Origin: Takakia lepidozioides
Lineage: Eukaryota > Plantae > Bryophyta
Direction of reading: 5' to 3'
Assembly: GCA_030704615.1 (NCBI GenBank)
Contig: CM060731.1
Span: forward strand, 46,996,001 to 47,060,000
DNA: 64,000 nt
The notes beneath the pieces are model-generated. The model was not told the DNA's origin. It saw only the letters and a list, made by a program, of their open reading frames with translations, and searched no databases. How positions within the stretch are numbered: the stretch's first letter is position 1; each line of letters begins with the position of its first letter. A program made the translations under genes and the position numbers. Shown here piece after piece: positions 12,319 through 24,113 of this stretch.

Positions 12319-15300
12319 ATGAGGATGGAAAGAGTGGACGAAGAGGAAAAGGAGGTAGAAGAGGGAGTAGAGGAAAGTGTGGCGATGGAGGAGCAGGAAT
12401 CAACAGAAGAACAGCAGCCCGCCATAGTTCCAAGGACAGATGAAGAGGACATCGCATCTGAGGGAGAGACAGACAAGATGGAAGAGGATGTTGAAGGTGG
12501 CCTCACGAGGAGTCTGCCTGCGGGAAAGAGGAAGGGGAAGAGGCTCACGTACACGCTCGGCGCAGAGAGCAGCCCGAAGCGCAAAGGGTCCCCGGCAATT
12601 GGGGAGTCTTCTGGAGCAGCCAAGAAAAAGGTGAAATTCTTAAGACCCACATTTCTGTTTCGTTGCTGATATGAATATAGCCCACACACAGGACATCTGC
12701 ACCACGCTAAAAGCACCGCAAACTGGAAGCCCAAACAGTGTGCGGCAACGCACACTGTTTGGGCCTACCAATTTGCTTGATTGTTCAGGTGCGAAACGCC
12801 CAAACTTGGGCACTAGAGCAGGTTCAACACAACCCAAATTGCAACCTCAAATAGTGTGAGTTGAGCTGAACATTTCACTGTTGTTTCCGTCTGGATATTG
12901 GTTTTCCAGGATATGTATGTCAGGACGACAGAACCCTTCAGTGGCAGCTCAAACAGTGTGCGTTGGCGCACACTGTTTGAGCTCTACATGTCACGGTTTT
13001 CTCCGTGTCGAATCCCTTTAGGGCACGTTTCTGATGATGGAATAACCATTCAGTGGCAGCTCAAACAGTGTGCGTTGGCGCACACTGTTTGAGCTGAACA
13101 TGTCACTGTTTTTTCCGATTGAAATTTGGATTTCCGGGGCAGGTTTATGATGATGAAATAACCATTCAGTGGCAGCTCAAACAGTGTGCGTTGGCGCACA
13201 CTGTTTCAGCTGAACTTGTCACTGTTTTTTTGGTGTTAAAATTCGGCATTTAGGGCACATTTCTAAGGATGAAATAACCATTCAGTGGCAGCTCAAACAG
13301 TGTGCGTTGGCGCACACTGTTTGAGCTGTACATGTCACTGTTTTTTTGGTGTTAAATTTGGACTTCCAGGGCAGGTTTCTGAGTATGAAATAACCATTCA
13401 GTGGCAGCTCAAACAGTGTGCGTTGGCGCACACTGTTTGAGCTGAACATGTAAGTGTTTTTTTGGTGTTAAAATTCGGCATTTAGGGCACGTTTCTGAGG
13501 ATGAAATAACCATTCAGTGGCAGCTCAAACAGTGTGCGTTGGCGCACACTGTTTGAGCTGTACATGTCACTGTTTTTTTGGTGTTAAATTTGGACTTCCA
13601 GGGCAGGTTTATGATGATGAAATAACCATTCAGTGGCAGCTCAAACAATGTGCATTGGCGCACACTATTTGACCTGTACATGTCACTGTTTTTTTGGTGT
13701 TCAATTCGGACTTCCAGGGTAGGTTTATGATGATGAAATAACCATTCAGTGGCAGCTCAAACAGTGTGCGTTGGCGCACACTGTTTGAGCTGTACATGTC
13801 ACTGTTTTTTTGGTGTTCAATTCGGACTTCCAGGGTAGGTTTATGATGATGAAATAACCATTCAGTGGCAGCTCAAACAGTGTGCGTTGGCGCACACTGT
13901 TTCAGCTGTACATGTCACTGTTTTTTTAGTGTTAAATTGGGACTTCCAGGGTAGGTTTATGATGATGAAATAACCATTCAGTGGCAGCTCAAACAGTGTG
14001 CGATGGCGCACACTGTTTCAGCTGAACATGTCACTGTTTTTTTGGTGTTAAAATTTGGCATTTAGGGCACGTTTCTGAGGATGAAATAACCATTCATTGG
14101 CAAATCAAACAGTGTGCGTTGGCGCACACTGTTTCAGCTGAACTTGTCACTGTTTTTTTGGTGTTAAAATTTGGCATTTAGGGCACGTTTCTGAGGATGA
14201 AATAACCATTCAGTGGCAGCTCAAACAGTGTGCGTTGGCGCACACTGTTGAGCTGTACATGTTACTGTTTTTTTGGTGTTAAATTCGGACTTCCAGGGCA
14301 GGTTTATGATGATGAAATAACCATTCAGTGGCAGCTCAAAAGTGTGCGTTGGCGCACACTGTTTGAGCTATACATGTCACTGTTTTTTTGGTGTTCAATT
14401 CGGACTTCCAGGGGAGGTTTATGATGATGAAATAACCATTCAGTGGCAGCTCAAACAGTGTGCGTTGGCGCACACTGTTTGAGCTGTACATATCACTGTT
14501 TTTTTAGTGTTAGATTCGCATTTCCAGGGCAGGTTTATGATGATGAAATAACCATTCAGTGGCAGCTCAAACAGTGTGCGTTGGCGCACACTGTTTCAGC
14601 TGAACTTGTCACTGTTTTTTTGGTGTTAAAATTTGGCATTTAGGGCACGTTTCTGAGGATGAAATAACCATTCAGTGGCAGATGAAACAGTGTGCGTTGG
14701 CGCACACTGTTTGAGCTGAACATGTAAGTGTTTTTTTGGTGTTAAAATTCGGCATTTAGGGCACGTTTCTGAGGATGAAATAACCATTCAGTGGCAGCTC
14801 AAACAGTGTGCGTTGGCGCACACTGTTTGAGCTGTACATGTCACTGTTTTTTAAGTGTTAAATTCGGACTTCCAGGGCAGGTTTATGATGATGAAATAAC
14901 CATTCAGTGGCAGCTCAAACAGTGTGCGTTGGCGCACACTGTTTGAGCTGTACATGTCACTATTTTTTTGGTGTTAAATTCGGACTTCCAGGGTAGGTTT
15001 ATGATGATGAAATAACCATTCAGTGGCAGCTCAAACAGTGTGCGTTGGCGCACACTGTCTGAGCTGTACATGTCACTGTTTTTTTGGTGTTAAATTTGGA
15101 CTTCCAGGGCAGGTTTATGATGATGAAATAACCATTCAGTGGCAGCTCAAACAGTGTGCGTTGGCGCACACTGTTTGAGTTGAATATGTAAGTGTTTTTT
15201 CCGATTGAAATTCGGCATTTAGGGCACGTTTCTGAGGATGAAATAACCATTCAGTGGCAGCTCAAACAGTGTGCGTTGGCGCACACTGTTTGAGCTCTAC

Positions 15301-16828
15301 ATTTAAGTGTTTTTCCGGTTTAAATTCGGCATTTAGGGCATGTTTCTGAGGATGAAATATCTTGGAGTTTACAATGAACACTTACATGGCACAAGTAGAT
15401 GTTCAATGATCATTTACATGGCAAGTGAAACAGTGTGCGTCAACGCACACTGTTTGAGCCCACTTTTACATTGTCTTTTTCTGTGGAATTCGGCAACATA
15501 GGACAATGTACACTTACCTGGCAGCTTAAAATAGTGTGCGTCAACGTACACTCTTTGAGCCCACTTTTTCATGCCTCAGCCGTCGTTTCATGCCTCTCTA
15601 ATATCAAGTTGAATGAATAACCCTGCAGGAGAAGATGCAAAGTGTGGCAGATGAGGTCCCTTCGGGTCAGGAGAAGGAGATAATTGTTGATGTGGACGAT
15701 GAGTTCTATGAAAGCAAAGCCGCTGAGATGCTGGGGGGTCAGAAGGTAAACTCTCAGCTTGTGGTGCAAAGTATGCTTGCCCCGGGTGGGAGGTTGAAGA
15801 TTCCCCTGTGTAGGTTGGTTTCCATGTCCGTCGTTCGTACACCTCTCGTCAAGGACATTCTCAAGCTGGAGGCCGAGTTTGTGCATGGGTATTTGGATGG
15901 ATCCGCAGTCTTTTACGTTTCTACTAGGGATTCCAAAGGTAATGAGCTCCTCGTGGATCAGTCAATCGTGGACTCTTGGGACCCCATTTGGAGACAGCTG
16001 AACGAATCCTTCGAACTTCTTCTCTCCAAGAAACCTTCCACCCAGGCATTCTCGGGAAAGATGTTTCACGTTTGGGATGGGAACCACCGCTTGCTTGCAT
16101 GGATGGCTGTCATTGGGAGGCTGCACTCACAGGAGGAAGAGTGGCATTACTCTGTTCGATCGATGGTGCTGGATTGTGACGGGAACATGATGGGTCTTCT
16201 GACGGCAATGAATGATGTGAACAGGTTGGTTTCTCATTCTACATGTTCCACTTGTGGTTCCGTTCTTCTTTGATTGAAGACCTTGAATTTCATTCTGATT
16301 TGCAGATATCATTCTGCAGAGGAACGGAGACATCGCATGTCAAAACGAGTTTGGTTCACACACTGTATAGGATACAAAGGATAGGGCAGATGCCCTTGAC
16401 CAACTTCAAGACCATCCTTTCAGCGGAGATGTACAAAAAGTGCGAAAGCTCCAAGACATCGGAAACGTGGTACTCGTTGACCCGTGAGGCTTTCATGGAG
16501 TACATGTACACGGTGAGATACATCTTCCTTCATCTGGTCTTCCATATTCCACATGTTTGTTTCTGTTTGTTTCCCTTGACCTTGTGCTGATGCAACTCTC
16601 TTGCATTCCCTTGTAGCAAGACATTGCAGATGCAGGGGAGCGTGGCAAACTGGAATACTACAGCTCTACCCCTGAGGAGAGAAGGACAGCAAAGGGGGTT
16701 GAGAGTCGCATCCAGAAAGAGATGACCGCTACAAGAAGGACTATAATGAGTGCTTTCGTGAAGCAGTTGAGAATTGCCGACCCATCATTCGGACCGCAGT
16801 TTCTCCTGGAGATAAAAAACCATTATAA
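12319..16828 (+). pseudogene. ParB/Srx-like cargo gene, subfamily B (5' half only)
   Basis: Predicted exons 12319-12630 (acidic, NLS-like KRKGKR/PKRK/KKK), 15629-16224 (IPLCRL...WDGNHRLLAW), 16320-16512 and 16617-~16828 (IADPSFGPQFLLEI). All splices are GT-AG and keep the frame. Homologous to the genes at 25.4-30.1 kb and 30.8-35.0 kb. Confidence 0.72.
12730..15560. repeat. Tandem array of 21 x ~116-bp units, each with a perfect 18-bp-arm palindrome, plus degenerate flanking copies
   Basis: Unit starts at 12939, 13051, 13167 ... 15137, 15252. Core is CAGCTCAAACAGTGTGCG-TTGG-CGCACACTGTTTGAGCTG. Lies inside predicted intron 12631-15628. Confidence 0.95.
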
Positions 16829-18020
16829 GGAGTAGACGATCAACTGCCTGATGCAAGTTTATTTGCAGTAGAAGTGGGAGCAGATGACTGGTTAGATTGG
16901 CAGTGGCCAATCAGATATAACCTAACTCATGGACAGTGCCCATCTAGTTATGGGAAGGAACAAAGAAAGAAGATAGCCATTAAAGCCCTACCATATACTA
17001 TGATAGGATGAAAATTGTACAAGCTGGGACCAGATGGAGTCCTAAAGAGATGCTTATACCATCATGAAGTTAATAAAGTCTTGGAAGAAATTCTCAAAGG
17101 AATAGCTGGAGGATATTATGGAGAAGAGACTACCAGCAGGAAAATACTACTTGCAGGATACTAGTGGCCTACCTTATTCAAAGATGTACATAATTATTGT
17201 AAGAGTTGTGATGAATGTCAAAGGCTAGGACCTTTGCAGAGATCTGGAAAAATGGCACTGCATCCTACAATGCCTACTCAACCATTCTAGAAATGGGGAT
17301 TAGACTTTGTTGGGCCAATTAATCCACCAGCTAGGAACACCCAAAACAAGTATATAATCACAGCCACGGATTATACTACTAAGTGGGTAGAAGCCAAGGC
17401 ACTGCGAGATAACACAACGAAATCTACAGCTAGATTTCTCTATGAGAACATAATCACTAGATTTGGCTGTCCCTTGGAATTTATCAGCGACCAGGGGAGT
17501 CATTTCATTAACAAGACCATTGAACTGTTGACCAAGGAGTTCATGATTGTGCACAAGAAGAGTACAACCTATTATCCACAGAGCAATGGGTAGGCAGAGG
17601 CCACCAACAAGATACTATGCACTATCCTTGCTAAGATAGTCAATGCCAACAGAATTGATTGGGATACAAAGCTGTTGGTCATATAGGACTTCATACAAGG
17701 TCACCACCAAGTATACACCATTCCAATTAGTCTATGGGGCATGGAAGCTCTACTTCCGGTGGAATTCTTACTACCTACCATGAGAACTGAATGGGGAAGG
17801 AGAATGGAATTGGAGGATTCAATTAAAGTAAGGAAACATGAACTATATCATGTGGAAGAAGTACGTGCTGATGCAGCATATAACATGGCCAGAATTTAGA
17901 TAAAAAGAAAGGATCGGTTTGATGAACGCAAACTAAAAACTTTTAAGACAGAAGATTTGGTACTGTGGTTGCAGAAGAAGGAAAATATTAAAGCCTCTAA
18001 GCTGAAATCACCATGGAAGA
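16829..18020 (+). mobile_element. Ty3/gypsy pol fragment (RNase H-integrase linker, zinc-binding domain, integrase core), degenerate
   Basis: GVDDQLPDASLFAVE; KWGLDFVGPINPPARNTQNKYIITATDYTTKWVEAKAL; many stops. 17520-18020 is homologous to 37934-38440. Confidence 0.85.
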
Positions 18021-18608
18021 GACCTTCTATAATATTTGTTTCTCCATACATAGGGCCCACCCCTGAAAAAGGGCAGTAGCCGCAAGGCAAAGTGGCTCTT
18101 AGTTACACCGGCTTCGGCTGGAGCCTTCTCTCTCTCTCTTTCTCCATTTTTATTTTTTATTTTTTACCCTACTTCACACACCAAGTTCTAGCGAGTCTCT
18201 TCCATATTTGTTTGTCCATTTGTACCTTAAACCCAAAACCCTTACCCTTCCATTTACCCTAAACCATTACCCTTACCATAAACCAAAAACTTTAGTGTAC
18301 TACCGTAGTTACACTCCAAACCTTATTGTACTACCATGTTACCTCTTTTCAATGTTTCATGCTATTTTAATATTTTCTTTTGTTGGATAAGGTGCGATAG
18401 AATAATTACAGGGATATCAAATTCTTAAATTTATTAATTCTAGCGACTGTGAGTCTTCCATATTGGTTTGTTCCTTTCAACCCTAAATCCAAACCCTAAA
18501 TGCTTACTCTTACCTTAAACCCAAACCTTATACACCCCAAAATCTTATTGTACTACCCTAGTACCTCTTCCTAATGTTTCATGTTATTTTAATATTTTAC
18601 TGCCCTTG

Positions 18609-19530
18609 TTACACCCAAAACTTCGTTTCAATGACGTTGTCTGTGAACATTGTGCTTGACTCTTCTTCTGTAGCCATCTGGTGAGCCTTTCCCCATTGTA
18701 AGGAACTCTGTGGTTGTGTTGCCACCGCCTCGGGAATTGTGCCAACTTGTTTCTCACCCACCAGACTGTCTTCTTCCACCAAGTCGATCACTTGCGGTTG
18801 TGGTCCTGTATTTGGTGTGAAAGATGTCGTCTTCTGACGCTTTGTCTCACCCTGTCCCTCTACTGTGCCTTCACGGTATGACGATCCTTGATCCTCCACC
18901 ACAGTGGTTGGCATGAGAAGCTCGCCCATGGCCTTGCGTTCCTTCACAGAGAGTCGGCACAAAGCCATGATGAGATGGGCAATCACAGGTGCAGAAACAA
19001 TGATTGGGGGTTTATTACTGGGTTTCTTCTCCTGAAGTGTCTTCAACTCCTTCACTAACCCTTTGTGCATCATCTCGGCCCACAACACATCTTCCCCTTT
19101 CAGAGCCCTGATTATTTCTTCCACAAAAGTCTTACTGAGATACATTTGATTGTGCTTCATGTTAAACAGAACATTAAGCACTTGACCCACCTCTCTTAGA
19201 CCAGAATACTTTGCCTTCATGCATGTGTATCCCTGAGTAGCAGAAAAAACTCTATTCTCAAACAGGTCTGCAATCTGTAATTCCTCCAGTCCTTCCCTAT
19301 CAGGTTGTTTCCCCACTGGCAGCTCAAAAACTTCTTGTAGCTTCTCTGGAGTGAGTCATATAACCACGCCCTTCACTGTAGTAGTGTCAGTCATGGAATC
19401 GAAATTGCTAACAAACTCAATCATTAATTCCCGGTGATGCAAAGTCAGTCTTTGCGCAGAAGATCTTTCAAACCCAATTTCTTCAACAAAGAAACTACTT
19501 CCAAGGTCACCTGTCAACCATTAATGTTCC
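18609..19530 (-). pseudogene. N-terminal part of a probable retroelement accessory ORF (plant-transposon-protein-like)
   Basis: ELMIEFV.NFD...TVKGVVI.LTPEKLQEVFELP and VLWAEMM...LVKEL resemble Athila/Tat extra ORFs. An inverted copy lies at 62987-63347, where it joins the coiled-coil part seen at 52.2-52.6 kb. Confidence 0.5.
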
Positions 19531-20892
19531 TCATTAACCCTGAAACGCCCAATAGTTTGTTTCAGGCTTTTGCGTTTAAAAAAATCTGAATAACTTTTTG
19601 CATTCTCCATGGAATTGTGTGAAAAAAAATATATATAGTGTTCTTGGGCACCTGGCACACCAAGAGTCATTGCCCGATTGCCTCGGATCTGCCAAGTTGC
19701 AAAGAGGTCTCATCACGCAAGCAGGGGGGTCACGATTTGATAAAGATAATTCTCGTTGTTTCATTCTTCACACGTATGTGAGAGAGGGAGAGAAACATGG
19801 GATTTTCCCAGGTTTGACCAAGTGGCAACATCACATGCATTGGCCAAAAATGGATACTTTTTGGCTTGTTGGATGAGGGATCTCAAGAGGATGAAACCCT
19901 GCTAATTTCGCCTCAATCCCATTTGATCTCGTCACTCAAATCTTTAAAAAATTACCAAAAATGGATATGTTTCTCAAAAGGGCCCCAATAATGGGGCCAC
20001 ATTCAACGGTGGCATTTGGTGGATCTGGGGCTGATTGGCCTCAAATTTGGCAGGTGGATGCAGGAGGAAGGTACGCACCTAATGTGCGGTCAAGTTCTTT
20101 AAAAAGTTAATTTTCTGAAAGTTACACTTTTTTTTCACTTAAGGGGTCATGTTTTCTGAAAAAGTCAAACTATGGCACTGGGCGTTTAAGGGTTAACGAT
20201 TGCATACTTAATTTAGGGTTCGTATTAGACAGAGCTAGGTTAGGTCCCGAAGGCGCCGCCTAGCCCCAAGGCTGTTGCTAGTGTGGATTTATAAATTTTC
20301 TATGTTTATAAGTGTTTGCGTTTGTAATTTGTAACCAACAGTTAGTATTAACTCATTGACGTATTTACGGAAACAATAGTCCATAAATAAGTACTGCGAA
20401 TGTATAATTACCCTCGGTATAAAGAGTTATGGTTATTTTAGATTCTAGTGTAAATATTAGTTATTAAGTAAACAACAAAAATTAATTTCAACTAACTAAC
20501 TTTATTATTTGTTTTCTTTTTAAATAATTTTATGTATATATTTAAAAGATAGAGATATTGATTTATTTAGTTTTTACTAGTCCCCATTAATTTAGGTGAG
20601 TCAAGAATATATAATCAATTAGATCATTCTAAGAAAAAGATCAGCCCAACAAACAATATTAATATAACCAAAATAAAAGAAGAGAATCAAAGCTAACTAC
20701 AGGAAAGCAGTATGGCCATTGGGATTTGAAACCCCAACCTCGAATGTGCAAGCGAAATCACTAACCGATAAGTCCATCAAGTTCTATTAAAAACCAACTT
20801 GCCTATCTAACTAGGGCTTCGCGTTGCTCCACACTACTAGCGACGAATTCTGAGAACTAGCATCAATTGGCACAGAAAGGGGTGGGTCATCG
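19153..20892. repeat. 1.7-kb dispersed repeat, inverted copy of 61605-63347
   Basis: Direct visual alignment with the reverse complement, including the AT-rich block and the tRNA-like segment. Confidence 0.9.
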
Positions 20893-21364
20893 CCACGCAT
20901 ACATTGATTCTTTTGTTAATTGGAAATATATACTATGCAAAAAGCATGAGGAACTATGCAAAAGTATAATCGTCATAGGCGTACCCCTATCTATGCCCAA
21001 GAAGTGAGGGGGAGTTGAACCCCTTTTTTTGCCCGGTATGCAAACACCTCCCCCCCCCCCCCCCCCCTCCCCCTCGCCTTCCCTCCGTCCGTCCGTCCGT
21101 CCCTCCCTCCCCAAGTCCCTCCCCAAGCATCAGACATCACATCAAATACCCACCCCATGTAGCTGCACTGATCGCCCTCCCGAAATAAGGAAAGAAAAAA
21201 AAACATCCAGAAAAAATTGAGAAACCCAAGCCCTCCATAGCTTCCCGACACTGAGCCTCGAAGGAAACAACAAATACCGACGCACACACCTATGGCACTC
21301 CCAACATTGGGCTGGATCCCACGCAATAGCAAACCAGCACCACGCACACTACACCATTTTAAAT

Positions 21365-22532
21365 TTAATGTTGTTTTGGAAATGGCTCAATTCTTCGATT
21401 GTTTATGCAATCTCTCAAGTGGGTTCTCATGGCGGATGTTGCGTATCGGGAATGTGCGGGATTTAATCCGAATGCTATATCCGTGGCATAAGCTATTGCA
21501 AATATGCCACAGGATGAATTGTCAATCTGTTGCATGACATCGGCATAGATATAATTGAATTGTGGAACTTGGATTAATTTCGCGAGATGTTGTTCTATTT
21601 CGCTCGGTAGCCGCTTATCCGCGGGCATGCTGGAATCAAACACCGTACATTGACAATTTGTTTCGTTCGGATTTATCATTATTAGAATCCAATGGTTGTT
21701 GTTGACGAACACGTGCTGCAAACACTTCTTGGTGTATTTCGTTCTGCCTAGTAGAGTCGAATACGCATGTTGCTGGTAGTTTTGTGTTTCCAGTTCCTGA
21801 TCAAATAGCATTTGCATCCCGGCCGCCAAATGCTGGTCACACAACCATCCATTGTCATCCAAGATGATTTGTTCGTCGTGCGCTGTCAATAGGAGATCTT
21901 CGTGCCAATATGTTTCTTGGCGGAAATCTGTGTCGGATTGTTCGTCTTCGGAATCAATTTCTATGATTTCGAGCGGTGTGGGAGCTAATTCTGAGCAAGT
22001 TTGGTTTTCATTTGATTCTATCGGTGTGGGATGTTCGGCTTCAGAATTGGTTGGCATTTTCAATTCTCCAAACGTGTGTCTTGGTTGGAGCGTTTTGGCG
22101 GCAAGGTTTGTATTCACCGTGCTGATGTGTTCTGTGGACTTGTGTGATTTTTGTTTTTGGACATTACAATCGGCTTGTGGAGCCATGAACTCTAGTGAGC
22201 CTATCTTGAATTTAGCTCCTTGGATGTCTTCGAACTTAATGTCCCGAAGTATTACTAGTCCTTGTAGGGAACGCAAACGAGACAGGGTGACGTAAATGTT
22301 GTGTATATTCAAGGGGTGTCCATCTGGTGGTTTTTGCAAGTCGATGATTATCCTGTCGAAAGTTTTGCCTTGGCCTTTGTAGTCGGTTAGGCAGTATCTG
22401 GGTATCAGAGGCAATTGACGTCTGCTGTTTTTGAATTTTTTTGGTTTTTTCAGTTCATGATCCTCCGTGTGGTGATAATCAAACGTTCTTGAAACGGGTG
22501 TGATGGGCACTACGTTTTCTGGGAGATCTTCA
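21365..22532 (-). mobile_element. Helitron-type PIF1 helicase C-terminus fused to Ulp1/C48 peptidase (fragment)
   Basis: RRQLPLIPRYCLTDYKGQGKTFDRIIIDL...YVTLSRLRSLQGL gives PIF1 motifs V/VI. GWLCD...HWIL...VFDS...QQIDNSSCGIFA gives the C48 His-Asp-Cys triad. Confidence 0.8.
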
Positions 22533-24113
22533 GTACTCTTGTTTGCCGGGCTGCCAAATGCTTCAACTGCATTCAGTAGAGCCTCGAACTCCTCGCTGTC
22601 AAGTTTGCATCTTTCGCCCCCATCGGCCGACATAATATGCTGCATGACAATGGTCTGCGCCGCATTGAGCTCCACAGCTTTTGGTCGTGCTGATGGAGAC
22701 CTGGTGAGCTCCTCTCTCAATACTCCTTTGCATGCGCATCAGCTTCTCTAGATGCGCCTATGGCACTCCTATGGGTGTGGCATCCCACATGGACTGCACA
22801 ACGTGTCATAGCAGGAGGTCCACAGACATAAAACATCTTCGCTGGACAAGCCTCCATACAGGTAGGAGCTTGGTTGCAAATGGAGCAGACAAACGTCCTC
22901 TCCGATACTGTAATTTGTGCTTGAAATTTGGTATCCGACGTCCCCAGCCACAAAGTGTCGTTGTGATACATCTCCCTCACAAAAAACGGGCAAGTCGCTC
23001 GTACGCGTTTCAAACTCCCAACACAGTTCACATATCTGCAACACACGGCATCACGAAGAAATTCAGTGAAGCGGGATGACAAACTCAGGTTGGTGTTGTT
23101 TGGGAAATCGGCACAAACTTCTCCAAGGACTTACAGGACTCTTGATATTGCAGAAAAATCTTATAGTGCCGCAAGATACCAATGTACACACGAGAAATCG
23201 GTGCCGACTTCTCCAAGAAGGTCGCACATTCTGAAATTGCAGAGCATTCTTATAATACCAAAATTCATTTGAAGATACACAGGAGAAATCGGCACAGACT
23301 TCAGGAATGATGAGACAGAGCAACAAACCTGACTGCCGTGTCTTTCTTGTCTAGCATCGGCAATTTCAGATTTGTAGTTTTCATTATAGTCCATGGGTTT
23401 CCGTCATATTTCCGGTCCATGCCTTCCAGCTGGCCCACTGCATTGGTGTATTCTGTTGGCGGCAACTCGTACACAATGTCCCCATCTACTCCTCTGGGTA
23501 AATGGTTCACCTTCACTATTTGAACACTGTGAAAGTCAATCCTAGAAAGCTCGCTGCGGGATGTGGTGCTGGTGCGTAGGAGCTGCAAGATGTCCACCAT
23601 TGAATTTGTAACCGCATCTGCGGGTGTGGGAGTAAACACGTCGGCATCCACCTCATGTGCATCGTCGTCCTCCGTGGTGTTTGCGCGCGTGCGCGGAGGT
23701 GCGGAGTGTGCTCGTCTGCTGCCAACCACCATGCAGTCCTCATCCTCCTCACTCAATATTGGAATACTCTCCGTCTTCGCAGGACGTGGGCCAAATATGG
23801 ATGCGGCAGTCGGTGGAGTAAGAGATGCCGACACACTCGACGATGATGCTTGCTGGCCATATACAATGTATTGTCGACCTGTTTCGTGTGGAATGACATA
23901 GGCCCGCGCAAAATCATTTCGTTTAGGACTGACAATCCGAGTTTCCACAACGCCATCCTCTTCCACCTCCTCAATTTCGAAAACAGCCGTCCTAGGCTGC
24001 AATGCAAACCGAGATCTGAGAACCTTGTCTGCAAATATCACCGAACCATCCTTTGCTTCCACTCTTACAGACGCATTTGCAGATGGATAGGTTAGGCGAA
24101 CGCGCTTAGCCAT
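22533..24113 (-). pseudogene. MULE transposase, subfamily A, 5' half
   Basis: Near-identical to 4933-6511 (MAKRVRL...). Truncated after ANKST by the Helitron fragment. Confidence 0.85.

Larger units (their letters stand above)
7387..16828. mobile_element. MULE-like DNA transposon, subfamily B (right part replaced by gypsy sequence)
   Basis: Full-length transposase (-) head-to-head with a ParB-like cargo gene (+). TGAGC-rich putative terminus at 7387-7495. Intronic 116-bp array. Confidence 0.8.

Noticed and set aside
12939-15360. CRISPR array (palindromic repeat with regular spacing)
   Set aside because: Spacers are not unique but two recurring variants of one sequence. No cas genes are present and the context is a eukaryotic intron.
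15635-16273. Bacterial contamination or plasmid parABS locus
   Set aside because: The ParB-like gene has spliceosomal introns shared across subfamilies, no parA is present, and it is embedded among plant retroelements.
18225-18545. Interstitial telomere
   Set aside because: Only scattered degenerate AAACCCT-like words, with no true tandem array.
21045-21125. Functional G-quadruplex/poly-C element
   Set aside because: A low-complexity C-run and (CCGT)n with no supporting context.
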